From Camelus dromedarius (Eukaryota), in the NCBI RefSeq assembly GCF_036321535.1, contig NC_087437.1, positions 13,456,001-13,520,000 of the forward strand: 64,000 nt of DNA. The letters are read 5' to 3'. Each line of letters begins with the position of its first letter. Within the stretch, counting starts at the first letter, position 1. Below are positions 35,521-49,285 of the stretch, one piece after another. The notes beneath the pieces are model-generated. The model was not told the DNA's origin. It saw nothing but the letters and a program-made list of their open reading frames with translations, and did not search any database. A program made the translations under genes and the position numbers.

Positions 35521-37814
35521 ATGCACTGAAGAATGCCTGAAGCTGAGCTGTTGGGGGATAGACAGATGCCAGGCATATTTTAACTATACTGTTCCCAAAT
35601 GGTAAGTCCTAGCTCATCCTCCCACTCTTAAAATCAAGCAACTTAGTGACATACTTGACCAGTAGCAGGGACACTGACGAGAACGTTGGACCTGACTTGC
35701 GAGTAGAGTGAACTAGCCCAGAAGGGAAAGGCCACATCGTAACTCTGCTCCCCACACCCCTTGTGAAAATGATGCCAGTTTCCAGAAATCAGTGGGGCAG
35801 GAAATTTTAGCAAAGAAAGGAGTTATCTATGAGACGTCTTCTAAGGACTGGGTCCTGAGTCTGATAGGCACAGCACATCGTCCCTTCCTCCACAGACTCT
35901 GGAATTTATCATCCATGGGCTGCTTCTGAGTCTGTGTCCTTATCTGTAATAACACCTACTCTAGGGGTTGTCTTGAGGAAATGTGGAGTAACAAGTGAAG
36001 AGTGTGTGAGATGGGGGCCTATAGCTCACAGAATATGACAAACGATCATTTCAGGTGTTAGTCCTTCCTTTCCGTATGATACAGATATATGTGGTCCAAA
36101 GCGTACTAGGCTTGTAATAAGAAGATGTACATTATGGTTTTAGTTTTGCTTTTTACTAGCCCTATGAACTTGGGCAACTCAATGGAAGCCTACGTTTCTC
36201 TGTCTTTAAAACGAAGATGATCAGGTCTCCTTTTCCTTCTAATTGTCTGACTTCCAAGACTCCTACTATGTAGGAAGAAGTGCTTTGTAATTGTACAAGT
36301 GTTCAATAAATGTTTTAATATGACTTTTTTTCCTCCATTCCTCCTGACAGGTGTCATGCTGGATTCATGTCCTCATCGGCAACAATGAGATCAGAGAGGA
36401 AAAAGAACACACCCAGACCCCAAATATGTGCTGCCATGGGTTGCTGCACTCTATCACACGATGACACATAGATCCCACAATATTTGAGACCAAACTCCTG
36501 ATTTCTGAAACTCAGGCCTGAGATAAACATAATGCTGCACTGAACCTAAAATAGACTTCCCCCGCACGGGACAGTAGTAAGTTGCTCAGTTTCACAGAGA
36601 TGCCACAGAATCACTGTGCATCTGGCGGAGGTCAAGGATGCCCACAGTCCATGTAGCTTTAATTATTGACCTTCTATGTTGACAAAAGCACCCAGGACCA
36701 GATACATGCCCCTACGTGTGCATGTAGGGGGAAAAACTCCAAAGAAAGAAGCCTAATGTTTATGATATGTGCTATAGATTGTTGGCTTCAACAGATTCTA
36801 GCTTACCTTTCCGAGGTATGGAAACTGTCACATTAAAAATTATATTTTAAACCTGTTATAAAGTTAGAAATCCATATGTGAACTAAATTTCACTGCACAG
36901 GCACTATCCCACATGTCTTGGAAGGGAAGGGAAGGGAGAAAATCAAAGCAGTGCCCTACGTTGAGAAGATCTAGTTTTTGGCAAGCAGGGCTATGGCTAT
37001 TCTGAACCACAGGGTACGTTCTAAGGTCTAGGCCTCAGCATTGTAGCGCTGACTGGTAGGTGGTGTCAGTAGGAATGTTTCTAGTGGAGAGCTTTGCTCC
37101 ATCTGGCTGCACTGCTCTTCCCTGCATAGCATCCAAGCCTCGATCTCCATGAACTGCTTGTACCAAATCAAAGCTCCTTCTGATTAATAGCTATAGTGGA
37201 TTCTGTTGTCAGTGACTAACAACCTCCACCAAGAGTACTCCATCATGACACTTGAATGAGGATGAAAAAGAACCATGGAATTCAGATTTCACAACATATT
37301 TGGAAAAGGTAAAAGGAGGTGTTATTGTTTTAAAATTAGTTACATGTAAGATCTCTAATGTGAAGTTGATAGAGAAATAGAATTCTTTTTTCTGTGATTG
37401 TGGTCAATTTAATATTCTATGTATGCAAAGTTTATGTAGCCACATAGTCTTTTTTTTGTAAAGTCCATTTTTATTTAATATTTCCAGACCTTTCTTCTAA
37501 ATCTGTTTTCTTCAACTGAGGCACAGCAGTGTCCTGCCAAAAGTTAATAAGGATATTTCAATTAATGTTAGGAAAATTTCCCAATTTACAAATACAAATA
37601 TTTTAACATCGTGATTTATAAAATTAACAGTGTTAACCGTAGGTTGCCCTTTTGGGGACTTTCTGCCAGAGTTTTTCATGTCTACGATCTTAAGGCACCA
37701 TATATAAATCATAGTTTGAATCTTGGAAGAAATTTAATTGGCAAAGACACCTTATTTTAGACATGAGAGCCAGCCAAAGGTCATTCTAGCAATTAGCTCC
37801 TGCCTATTCTTGCG

Positions 37815-37925
37815 AAAAAAAAAAAAAAAAAAAAAAAGAACAAAGAAGGAAGGGAGGGAGGGAGGAAGGAAGGAAGGAAGGAAGGAAGGAAGGAAGGAAG
37901 GAAGGAAGGAAATAAATAAGAAAAA
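37815..37925. repeat. A23 run followed by a (GGGA)/(GGAA)n purine microsatellite
   Basis: Direct reading. Confidence 0.9.
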
Positions 37926-38144
37926 CACCCTCTTGTTGTTCTAGGAGTTGGACATTTGTCCCATTTCTTCTAAATTGGAACCATATTTCATTCTTGTTTG
38001 AATTCTACAGACTGTAGCTCTTGTTTAAACCTAAATAAATCCCTTTGCTAGGGAACTGGGCTGTGCTGGAGAAAGTCAAAGATGATCTTCCTGTCTACCC
38101 AGGGGAATGCTTGTTCTCTTCTCATAATTAATTCATTCATTCAC

Positions 38145-39100
38145 CTGTAGTGAAGACTGCTGTATATTCACTGCAAACTGTTTCCTCTGTGTGGTTGAAA
38201 GAATAAGCCCCCCCCCCACTGAAGGTGTCCAAGATGCCTACATCCTAATTGCTAGCATCTGTGAATACATGACCTTACATAGAAAAAGAGGAAATTTCCA
38301 GATGTGATTAAGTTAAGGATCTTGAGATGGGAAGATTATCCTACATTATTGGTGTGGACCAAATGTAATAAACTCAAGGGTCTGTAGAAGATAAAAGTGG
38401 TAGGGTCAGTGTAAGAGAAGGTGATATGATGACAGGAGCCAAGGTCAGAGAGAGAGAGAGAGAAACTGAAGATGTTATACTGTTGGCTTTGATGATGAAG
38501 GAAGGTAACATGAATCAAATAATCCAGGTGGCCTCTAGAAACTGGAAAAGGCAGGAAAACAGATTTCCCTCTAGAACTTCCAGAAGGAATGCAGCCTTGC
38601 CAAAATTTTGATTTTAAGACTTTGGACCTCCAGAACTATAAGATTTAATAAAGTTGTGCTGTTTTAATCTACAAATTTGTGGTCATCTATTAGAGCAGCA
38701 ATAGGATATTAATACATTCCTCTTGGATACACAGTTGAACTACATCTCCCAAATTCCTCTGAGGCTAAATGTGACCATGTGACTGAGTTCTGGCCAACAG
38801 AAAATGGCAGAAGTGTGATGCACCACTTCCATGTCAGGGCAACGAGATCATTTCTCGTGATCCTCCATGATCTCTTTTTGCTAAGTGTATAAAAATGATG
38901 CAGCAGAGGACTCTAAGACTCTATGACAAGCTAGAACCAGAATGTGGAAGGATGCTGCTCCTCTTAACTCCCACCTGGAAAGTATCCCACCAATGAACCA
39001 TACTGAACTGATGTCTAAAGCAAGAAATAAAGTTCTGACGTGGTCAGTCAAAAACATTTTAGGTGTGTATGTTATTCAGTCCTCATCCTACTTGGCTAAT
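38145..39100 (+). mobile_element. Older MLT1 (J/I-like) LTR interrupted by the MLT1D-like element
   Basis: ACTACATCTCCCAAATTCCTCTGAGG...GACCATGTGACTGAGTTCTGGCCAA...AGCAAGAAATAAA; resumes after 38716. Confidence 0.6.
38188..38716 (+). mobile_element. MLT1D-like MaLR solo LTR
   Basis: GATGTGATTAAGTTAAGGATCTTGAGATGGGAAGATTATCC...CCTCCAGAACTATAAGA...GCAGCAATAGGATATTAATACA, flanked by TTCCTC on both sides. Confidence 0.85.
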
Positions 39101-40972
39101 GCATTTTTCAAGCAATAAATATCTATTAAGCGTCTATACCTAGGCTCTAGTAAAATGGTGAAAAAGAGATAAACACAATTTCTGCCCTCATCAAATGTAT
39201 CATGTTCTTTGACATCTTTCTGCTTATTTAGTGAAAACATCCTAATTGCTCTTATAAACACTGAATTGTTGTGAAGCCTATCCCCTATGTGGTAGTGGTG
39301 GTGTGTGAAGAAAAATGTAAAATGATGTTAGTGACTAATCATATATTAGTGACCCACCTGTAGAATAATAATAACTCCTAGTAATCAGGCTATGCTAACT
39401 TTATGACAAATAACCTGAAAATCTCAGTGCTCAAAGGCAGTAAGTTTTTTTTTTTTTTTCTTCTCACTCCGGGAAAGTCCACCATGTGGTGACGGCTCTG
39501 CTGGGTAACTAGCATGTGAGAGTTGGCGCAGGGACACATGTGCTTCCATAGCGAAGCCCCAAGGTTCCTTGAATCCGTACCAGTCAAAGATGGAGAGAAG
39601 GAAGCAAGAGGAGGGTACACAGGTGTGCCTAACCACCTGGGATCCAAGGCACAGCACACCTTTTTCACCCACATACCATTGGCCAGAACTGGTCATTTCA
39701 TCCTCTCTAGATGCAGGAGAGCTGGGAAATGTAGTTCCTGATGGATAATTATCTTCTATCCATTACTGTGGAGAACTTATATGACCTACATAGCAAATCA
39801 AAGAAACAGACAAAAAAATGAAACAGAAAAGAGACCAGCACGTAAATTTCCTGTCACAAGAGAAGATGGCACCTCACTTACAGAAAGGAGCATTTATGGG
39901 TTGAGGGAGGGGGGATGGACTGTGAAATGCAAGAGCCCCAATATTTTGTCTGCAGTGGTAATGATGTCTCTTCCTCCCCCTTCGGTACCGCAGAGAACTT
40001 GGCGCCACCCTCACAACAGGATTGTTCAATGTTGGGGAAGCATTGTCCATAACATAACCTCCCACCACAGCCTTTACAATGTCTGTATTCTCCCCTGGAA
40101 GTTAAAACTCGAGAAAGTTTTAATGCTGCAAAAGAAAACTCTATCCAGGTGTGAGTAACTCCTTAGCCTTCTGCTACCTACTCACACTTCCTCACAGCCG
40201 TGTTAGAGGGCCATGTGCTTCCCAAGAGTTATCTCCTCTCCTACTGCCCAGGAGGAGAAGCCAAAAGAATCCCAAGTTTTGCTTTTGGGTAATTACACTG
40301 GGTGATTACTTTTGAGAGACGCAAAAATTTGATGCAGTTGTGTGATGCTCTGTGTTGAGCTGCACAGAAGAGGAGGCTTTTTCTTCCCCAGAATCACTCT
40401 CCCGGGGAAGCCTTTATCTGCACTTCCAGGCAGAAATCACTGGAGCTGTTGCTTGTATCTGATTGCATTGGGCCTCTCTGTGTCCTCCTGGGTCCCACGC
40501 TCCCTAGGTAGGACCAGGGTGGTAAGGAGCAATTTTGTATCCAGGCTCAGGATATACAGTGGATCCTGGTACATAAATATAGCAGTATTTCCCATTTTTC
40601 CTGCTTCAGCAGCTGTCTATATTGACTATATATGGTCAGTGTAGTGAGAAAAGGAGGAAAAGAATATCTAGTTTTAAAGCTAATAAAGAGAAGGGGATGG
40701 GGCAGGCAAGTAAAGGGAGAGAGCTGGTCCTCTTTAGAAAAGCATACTGCTCTGCCCAAGGCAAAGGGAGCAAATATTCTCTGCATGGTCTATTGAAGGG
40801 GCGTCCTCTGTGGTAAAGAAAGTACAATAAGTTTTACTTTTTCTGGAGGTGTTCAAAACCCAAACCAAAGGACTTTGGAGTACTACCTTGGACTTGGGGA
40901 AGAGAGGAAATTGGACAGGAGTCTATTCTGAATGCTGACAGTCCTTCAGGGTCCCTGATGAAGGAGGCAGTG

Positions 40973-41929
40973 TGCATTAGAATTCTCCAGGGAGAAAGGG
41001 TGTATGTATGTGTGTGTGTGTGTGTGTGTGTGTACATGTGTGTGTGCTGGGAGAGTGAGAGAGTGAGAGATGTTAAAGAATTGGCTTACTTGCAGAAGCT
41101 GGCAAGTCCGAAGCCTGCAGGATAGAGCAGCAGGCTAGAGAACCATGGATGAGTTGATGCAGCAATTCAAATCTGAAGACAGAATTCCCTCTTCTCAGGA
41201 GACATCAGTCTTTTTTCAACTGGTCAGGTGAGGCCCATCTGTTACCCAAAATGAGAAGGGAAAATACTCTAGTTCTTGTCATACCTGAAATATAATTCAG
41301 ATGGGAGACAAAGTATTGTGTAGTGAAAGATTTTAAAGAATTTTTTCACAAAGGGAAAGTGCACATCCAAGAATGGGTGGTGGGCTGATCCAAGGGTGGA
41401 TAGCAGTGGTCTTTGCCCTTCTCATAAACCTCGCTCAGAGATGGGCTTTTGAGTGATTGATGGCTCTTGTCCCTGGAATGCTGAGTCATGTTTGTCCCCT
41501 TTTGCACATGTCCTCACCCATGATGCACACAGAAGAACCCATGGGGGGTTGCTAAACCACAATGCTAATTATATTGCAGTGAGCATTGGGTCATGTCTGG
41601 TTAAGGCCTTGTGGCCACCACACAGTTGCAACTGTTGGGTTCTAACAGATTTTTTTCATTTAGAGTAAGTAAAGCCCCTTTATGCTGAAGGGACCATCCT
41701 CTGGACCATCTTCTGGACCATCCTCCCTCTTCTCCATCTTATCTGCCCGGTGCCCCCACTTATCTGACTACCTAATACATCCACATTATGGAGGGTCACT
41801 GCTTTACTCAAAGTCTACTGATTTAAAAATTGTTCATCTCACTGAAAACTGCGTTCATGGAAAGCCTTGTGTTTGAGTAATATCTGGGTCTCCTGGCCCA
41901 GTCAAGTTGACCCAAAATTAATCATTTCA
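40973..41929 (-). mobile_element. MLT2-like ERVL LTR with a (TG)n/(GA)n tract, interrupted at 41240-41777
   Basis: AAGAATTGGCTTAC...GCTGGCAAGTCCGAA...GAGGCCCA|CCACATTATGGAGGG...CTGCTTTACTCAAAGTCTACTGATTTAAA...CCCAGTCAAGTTGACCCAAAATTAA. Confidence 0.8.
41240..41777. mobile_element. ERV1-type solo LTR nested in MLT2, 4-bp TSD CATC
   Basis: TGTTACC...CTACCTAATA (terminal CA mutated to TA). CATC at 41236-41239 and 41778-41781. Removing the insert restores the MLT2 sequence GAGGCCCATCCACATTATGG. Confidence 0.75.
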
Positions 41930-42050
41930 AAGTGCTTCTGTGAGATTCATCCACAAGATTTACTGGTTCCTGGGGCTCTGTCCCAGCCACTCTGCTCTTC
42001 TCTGCATAGTGCAGGGGTCTGGAGTCTTGGACCTGACTCTGCCGCCTTAA

Positions 42051-43150
42051 CAGGACAGCTCAGATTTTGTAGGGTTTAATGCTTATGTAAGTTGAGTGGC
42101 TCCCTTTAAGAAAAAAAATTATATAAAACAATATCTTTTTTTTTTAAATCTCAGACATTGCCAGTAGGCAAGGGAAAGCCAAGGGGGAGGTAAAAACACT
42201 TTGGAAATTAGCTAGGCAGTTTCTCAAAAAGGTTGCCATTCATCTACCTATGACAAAGCAATTCCAAAGAAAATAAAAACTTATATCAACAAAGAAACTG
42301 AACAAGGGTTTTATAGCAGCTTTTTTCATAATAGACCCAAACTGGAAACAACCCAAATGTCCACTGAGTTGAATAGATTAAAAACAATGGTATATTCACA
42401 TAATGAATGCTACCTAGCAATGGAAACAAATGGATTACTGATACACACAAAAACATGTTTCAATCTTAACAATATGCTGAGTTCAAGATGTCTTGAAAAA
42501 GAGTGAACAGGGCATTATTTCATTTATATGGCCTCGTACAACAGGGATAAAGCTAATCTATAGTGAGGGCAGATCAGTGATTGCCTGCAGCTAAGGTGGA
42601 AGGTAATTGATCTCAAAGGGGCACAAGGAAACTTTCCGGGATATTAGAAATATCCTAAATTTTGACTGGGAAGGTGGTTACCTTTGTCAGAATTTGTCAA
42701 ACTGATTTAATTATACAGTTAAAATTGATGTATTTTATTTTATGTAAATTATTCCTGAATAAAGGTAACTTAAACAAAATTACAAAACAAAGTATAAAAG
42801 TGAATGTTTATTGAGAATTAACTTTAAAATCTCAGCAAATTTTTAAAATTTAAGCTGGACAGTAGAAATATCTCCAAATCCAGAAAAATAAATAATTGCT
42901 ATCATTATATCTGACATAACTTTATAACACTTTTTTTCTCATATTTTTGACTATATATTTTTATTTGACTTTTCATGTGATAAAGTATTGCAATCCATCT
43001 CTCGGGAAACTAGGAATTGATTTCAATATTTCCCATGGCATGAATGCATAAAATTTGATTTTCAACTGTTGATAATTTAGAAGAGTTTCTGCTTCTCAGT
43101 ACCTTTTTGGTGATGACACATCTGTAAGTTCTCACGCAGATTTTTGCTAA
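42051..43150. mobile_element. Zaphod/MER115-like hAT-Tip100 remnant interrupted by an L1M fragment
   Basis: CAGATTTTGTAGGG...GCTTAT...CCCTTTAAGAAAAA, resuming near 42775 with CAAAATTACAAA...AAAGTGAATGTTTATT...AAATCCAGAAAAATAA. Confidence 0.55.
42150..42775 (+). mobile_element. L1M (L1MC/ME-like) ORF2 end and 3' UTR fragment
   Basis: TTCATAATAGACCCAAACTGGAAACAACCCAAATGTCCA...TATGTAAATTATTCCTGAATAAAG. Confidence 0.75.
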
Positions 43151-44047
43151 GGAGGTTCCTCTTGCCCAGGAGCAGTCTTGGGTGTCTCCAGACATATGAT
43201 GTCCCTTGGCTTGGCCCCTGAGGATCACTCAGCAACTGTCTCAGCTCAGCCAGGTGGTCACTGGGCTGCCCTTGAGCTCCTTCCTCAACTTCTCATGCTT
43301 GATCCTGGAGGTGAGTGCTCCTAAAACCTGAGTGACAGTGGCCCCTAATGGAAAAGCATTTCCTTTAGATCCTTATCTTGGGAGTAAAGTTGGAACCCAG
43401 AGCTTGATGCCTAATGCAAGATTTTAGTGTGTCTGAGGTAATATACAGGTCATGCTGGCAGCCCCAGGACCACTTCCAGGGCACAGAAGTAACCCCCAGA
43501 CTGGGACATTGTTCTCCGCCCCTTGTAATTGGATGGAGCTACTGCTTCCTGCCTGCATCCTCAGGAGAAGCATGCTAAGCCTTGGAATGGACCTTGCAAG
43601 ACAAGAGCCCCAAAGCTTAAGCATCATTAGCATTCACCTATAGCTTTGTTACGTTGTTGACGTCAACTTCAGCTTCTCCATTTGGAAAATGGGGATGAGG
43701 AGGAGGAGGAGGAGGATGATACATGACTCAAAGGATTGCTGAGAATTAAATATATGCAAATTAGTTAACAGGATGCCTGGTCCACAGTAAATACTGCATG
43801 TTTGTGCTTGGATGACCACACCCACACTCATTCCAAATCCATCATCTCCAGCTGATCTCTAACCTGAGGCTCCAAGCCAGGTATTTAACATATCTGCAAG
43901 GTGAACGGCTCCACGTGCAAGTCCAACAGGCATTTTAAAGTCAGCACACTTTCTCACCCCTCTAGTACTTTCCTTTCTCTGTTGTTTCCGCTTTGTTGAT
44001 TAACAACACAATTCTCAAGTCATTCAAGACAGACAGCTGGGGTAAAT

Positions 44048-44385
44048 CAGTGCTGTCCATTAGATATATAACATAAGCTACAAGTGTGGGCCACATATAT
44101 AAGGTTTAAAATTTCTAGTAGCCCCATTAAAATGGTAACAAGAATCAAGTGAAATTAATTTTGATAGTATGTTTTACATAACCATATATACCCCCCAAAT
44201 GATCATTTCAACATATAATCTATGTGTAAAATTATTAATGAAATAGTTCATATTAGATTTTCATGCTTGGTCTTCAAAATTTGGTGTGTATTTTATACTT
44301 AGGGTACATCTCAAATTATATTAGCTCTGTCTAAAGCGTCCATTAACCATATATGGCTGGTGGCTACTTGTGTTGGACACCACAG
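44048..44385. mobile_element. MER33/MER3-like hAT-Charlie element inside degenerate L2 sequence
   Basis: CAGTGCTGTCCATTAGA...AAATTTCTAGTAGCCCCATTAAAA...GTGGCTACTTGTGTTGGACACCACAG followed by CTCTAGA. Confidence 0.75.
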
Positions 44386-44794
44386 CTCTAGACTCTCCCC
44401 AAGTTGGCTTTCTGTCCAACATATCCTATTGATCATCCACTTTTATTGATGCTACTCCTTGTTGCCTACATGTTCTCTTATCTGATTCTTTCACCTGTCA
44501 TAGATGAGGCTTTGTCCCCTTGAACTGATGTCTCAGTCCTTGAATCAATTTCCTTTTCTTTAAACTACTTCCCTTCCAGCCTTCTCCCTCTCTCTCTCTC
44601 TCTCTCTCTCCTTTGCCAGTGGACCCCTCCCCTCACTGCATAGAACACATTTAAGATAAAATGCTAAGCCTTTGGCTCATTACACAGAGTCCACCATATA
44701 TGCCTTGAGACATCCCCACAGTTATATCTCCTTCTTCAATCTGATGCACTCTTCCTTCTAACATCAAGGAACATTTGAAATTTTCTCTACAAAT

Positions 44795-44880
44795 TTTTTT
44801 TTATATTCAATATCTTTTTTTTAAATTGACTTATAGTCAGTTTACAATGTTGTGTCAATTTCCAGTGTAGAGCACAATTA
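44795..44880 (-). mobile_element. Very short young L1 3' tail (same family as 58325-58964)
   Basis: TTATAGTCAGTTTACAATGTTGTGTCAATTTCCAGTGTAGAGCACAATT is nearly the reverse complement of ~58896-58945. Confidence 0.8.
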
Positions 44881-46206
44881 TTGATCAAAACACAATTTCT
44901 TGTCCTCAATGGATGTTCTGTCAACATGTACATGCACAGGCAGTCCCCTCTTCCTGACATTACTGTCCTTTCCAAGACAGGGCTCTAGCTCTTTTCCTTC
45001 AGAGCTTAACTTCCACCACATTTCCCTCTGGCAGAATTATCCCCCCTACCCCATTTGTCAGGATGCCTGGGTCTGTATCCCTACATGTCTCTCTTAATAG
45101 AACCATTAAGATATCCATTATACCCTACTGTGATTGCTGATCTTCTCATCTGTCTCCTAGACTTCACTGTACTGAGAGTAAAGACAGTATCTTATTTAAA
45201 TTCTGTACTTAAATTTCTGCCCCAGCAGTTGCCATGGGGCCTGGGACGTTGCAGGTTCTCAGTGCTTTTTGAGCTCCCATGTGAGCTCCCAGAAAAGGCA
45301 AACCTGAGTTCCATTTAGTTTGTTTTTCATCAATAAAAACCAATGTTCATATTTTAAAGGCTGAAATGTCATTTCCTCCCACTGTTTAGCAAAAAGGACA
45401 TTTCCCAGAGCCATTTGAGGTTACCAAAAAACCATATAAGAGCTTTTTAAATGTTTTCCAAAACCATACTCTACACAAAAGACATCTCAAAAGAAGATAA
45501 ATAAGCATTTACATAAGAAAATCTGACAATTGTATATTTATGTGGGCATATTCAGGGTTCCTAAGGATTCCAGCCAAAAAAAATACTGGTTTGTCTTCTT
45601 GGCTATATCTTATTATTTTAATAAAAGTTTCACATTTAAATCAATTTTTTAGCATGTTGCATGAACAGCAAAGTGAGTGGATGTGCTCCCCTTTTAGCTA
45701 ACTGATTTATACAAAATCTTATTCACTGGAAAAAAATATACAAGCGTATTTTTTACATTAGGAAAAGATTTACCTACTATGTCTCTCCATTTAGAACTCA
45801 CTACATGTTTAATGTGATTTGTTTTATTTAAAATGCATGCATGAAAAACTTTCAGAAGTAATAACACTTCAAATTATTTTGATTTTTACAAAAAAACACT
45901 TTTTGAAAATGTTTTGCCAACTAGTATCTCATTTTATTTTTACATAGTTCTCCGAAGTTGATAAGGCAATGATGATTATCTCAATTATAATGAATAATAA
46001 CAACAATAAGAAGAAATAACATTAGCAAATAATGATGGTAATGGTGACTAATGCTCACTGACCATTCGCCAAATGCTGGATAGTGTTTTTAATTTTTTCT
46101 TTAATCCTCCCAATAACTATATGAGGTAGGTTATTATTCATGTCTCCATTTAACAGGTGAGTATTGAGTCTGCTGTACTAAATTGTTTTTAGTTTCTCAC
46201 ATTGGC

Positions 46207-46657
46207 TGTAGTGAGTTGAATAGAGTCCCCAGAACAGTATATCCAAGTTCTAACCCTTGGTTCTGAATATGATCTTATTTGGAACTAGGGCCTTTGGAGA
46301 TACAAGTAGGTTAAGGATACCAGGATGAAATAGTCTTGGATTTAGCATGATTCCAAGACCCAATGACTGGTGTCCTTATGAGAGAAGGAAGCTTTGAGAC
46401 ACAGAAACATGGAGAAGAAGCACATATGGAGATGGAGGAGGAGTTTGGAGGTAAACTGTCACAAGCCAAGGATGTCTAAGAGCCACCAGAAGCTAGAATT
46501 TGTAGGGAAGAATTCTCTAGAGACTTTGAGGAAGCATGACCCTACTGACACTCTAATATTGGACTTCTGGGCTTCAAAAAATGAGATAATCAATTTCTGA
46601 TATTTTAAGCCACCCAGTTGTGGTAATTTGGTATTACAGCCCTAGGAAATTAGTATA
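46207..46657 (+). mobile_element. MLT1B/C-like MaLR solo LTR
   Basis: TGTAGTGAGTTGAATAG...CCAATGACTGGTGTCCTTATGAG...TTTTAAGCCACCCAGTTGTGGTAATTTG...CAGCCCTAGGAAA. Flanks TTGGC/TTGAC. Confidence 0.85.
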
Positions 46658-46746
46658 TTGACTATGCTCCCTTTTGCTGTAGATTTTTATATGCACTCTT
46701 CACTCAAACTCTCCCCCTAGAATGCAGGGAGGAACAAAGAAAGTTC

Positions 46747-47270
46747 CTGTATCAGTAGGCTCTTGCTATAATAATGCTGCATAACAAACAATTCCCAAAA
46801 TCTCAGTGACATTCAAAGATAAGCTTCTATTTTTCATATGTCTGCAAGTTGCCGAGGACAGCTTTACTGATCTTGCGTAAGCTCATTCTTGCATCTACAA
46901 GTTGACTATGGGTCAGCTGTTGTACATATGATTGGCTGGGCAGCTCTACTTCAAGCTGTGTGTTCAGAGGGGCTGGCTCTTCATGTTGGATTGGGCTCAG
47001 GTCATCTCCGTATACCACTTATTTTTCTTAGACCATCACACTAGAGGCGTGGATTCTTCTTATAGTAACGGCAGGGAAGTCAGAAAATGCAAGTGATATT
47101 TTATGATACCTCCCTAGGCCTCAGCCCTGAACTATCACATTTTCATTTCTGCCCACACTCTGTTGGTCAAAATCAAATAGAATTAAAGAGGAAAGAACAT
47201 AAACTCTATCCATAGAGGTGGGAGTAAGAGAAGTGGGTTTATTTTTAATGATAATTTAACCTACTAAAGA
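46747..47270 (-). mobile_element. Older MLT1 (H/I-like) LTR
   Basis: TAATGCTGCATAACAAACAATTCCCAAAATCTCAGTGAC...TTTCTGCCCACACTCTGTTGGTCAAA. Confidence 0.6.
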
Positions 47271-47455
47271 TCCTTTTCTTCTCTGTCTCACTCTCTGTCC
47301 CCATGCCAACCATCTTCTACTTCTGTTTCTAGAAGCAATCTACATACTGCCCCTTCCTGGAAGACTTCCCTGCAATCCAAACCCGACTTAGGTATTTCTC
47401 CCACCCAATACTCTCCCCTTTCTATTATTATGACACTGGATATAATTCATATTTA

Positions 47456-49283
47456 ATTATTTTCAGTCATGATTTCTTCAAATACCTTTTGATCGCTTTC
47501 TCTTTCTTCTCCTTCTGGGGCCCCTATTATGTGTAGACTGCCATGCCTTATATTATCCCATATATTGCTTCCATTAGATTTCACTGGCTTTTCTGTCTGT
47601 TGTTTTGAATGGGTGATTTCTGTTATCCTGTCCTCTGGGTCACTTATTTGTTCCTCTGCATTATCTAGTCTGCTTTTGACTGCCTTTAGCTCAGCTTTTA
47701 TCTCAGCCATTGAGTTTTTTGTTTTTAATTGGCTCCTCTTTATTGTTTCTATTTCCTTGTTATAGTTTTCTGCATTATGATTCATAATCTCTCTTATTTC
47801 CTTCAGTGCTTTTATCATTTTCCTTTTGAAGACATGATCTAGTAGAGTGTCGAGGTCTATGTCATTAATCATTCTTTCAGTGGACTTCCCTTGTTCTTTT
47901 GATTGAGAGTGGTTTCTCTGCTTCTTCATTTCATTTGTATTTCTCTGACTCTGGATTTAGGAGTATCAGTTATCTACTGTGATGCTGAAGGGCTGTTGTT
48001 TGCTTGTTTGTTTGTTTGTTTTTAAAGTGATAATATTCCTGTGTAGACTGTGAGCATCTAATAATTTTTGTCACAAGGGCTGTTTTTAGTGTGGATGGTG
48101 ATCACGTCTTTTTCCATGTGTGTTGGCTGTTATCCTGTTGATCGGGTGTGTTGTTGGTATGGTGATTAGAGCCTGCTCTGGTTGCTAAGTGGGTCTTCTT
48201 TTTTGTTCTATGGTTTTCACAGCCCTGACAGGGGCCAGACTGCTCCTCTGTTGTTAGAATAGAAGCTTCCAGACCCACTTCTGAGCTGTGGTGTGTGATA
48301 GGCATGGTTGGAGTCCTTCAGCAGGAAGAAGAGATGCTGAGTATTCCTCCTTGCAGGACATGTCCACCAGGAAGTGCCCTCTGTGGTGTTGTTTGCTCGC
48401 TGTGATGTGGGCTTACACAGTTCTCTTTGTTAATGCTGCCCTTGTCCCCACCTCAGCTGCAGGAATGTCAGCCACCCACTCTGGTTTCCCCTAGATTCTG
48501 TGCCCACACAGCCACCAGTGCAGATTTGCTGACCTCAGTCACTAGGACCTGCCATAGCAAGCATGCAGTCATGCACCTGCACCCACAGCGCACTACTGGG
48601 TCAGCGCAGACTCAAGCCCTGTGCCTGCATCCGGCACATAGCCCTGCTGTAAACACTAAACTCACTCCCACCGTGCGCCAGAATTCTACTAGTTGCTCAT
48701 TCGTCTTAGAAGGGTGGGTCCACAAAGGAACCAGTGGAACAAATCTGCCCCCTCTGCCTGGGGCTGTGAGGTTGTGGGGCCCCTGGGTATGCATTCAGTT
48801 TCAGTCCCACCTCCGCCTGGGAGCCATGCACCAGCAATTGTTATAGTTATCACTCAGCCCTGTCTCGCTTTTCATGAGAATGTGCCAACAACAGTGCTGA
48901 GAAAACCCTCTAGGCTAGCAAAAACAGTGGCTATGGCCCAGCTGCACTGCAGCCGTCCCCAACATGTGCACCAGCAGTGGTGCTTTTTTATGGGGGGCCC
49001 AGGCTGTTCTGTTCTGCACACACTCCTTGCCACAGCCCGCACCACACTCCAGCCCCCTGTGGCTGCTTCTGTGTAGTTGGCCCCAACCCTCTTCCCTGCT
49101 CTTCACCGAGTTCCGGCGGCCAGCCCCAGCCTGCGCCCACAAGCTCACATCCTGCATTGAGGGTCACAGAGACCCTGTGTGACTGTCTCTCTCAGTTCTC
49201 TCTGCCAGGTGGTTGCTATTTTTTCCCTCTGAGCCTCAGAAGCTCCCTTTCTGTCCCCACTGATCTCCCTGCTGGAAAGGGGA
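47456..49283 (-). mobile_element. L1 5' UTR and N-terminal half of ORF1 (inverted relative to the adjacent ORF2 piece)
   Basis: ORF 47453-47929 (-), MKKQRNHSQSKEQ...LDNAEEQISDPEDRITEI...IWDNIRHGSLHIIGAPEGEERE...VFEEIMTEN, is the L1 ORF1p coiled-coil and RRM start. The GC-rich ~1.35 kb upstream on the minus strand is the 5' UTR. Confidence 0.9.
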
Positions 49284-49285
49284 GC

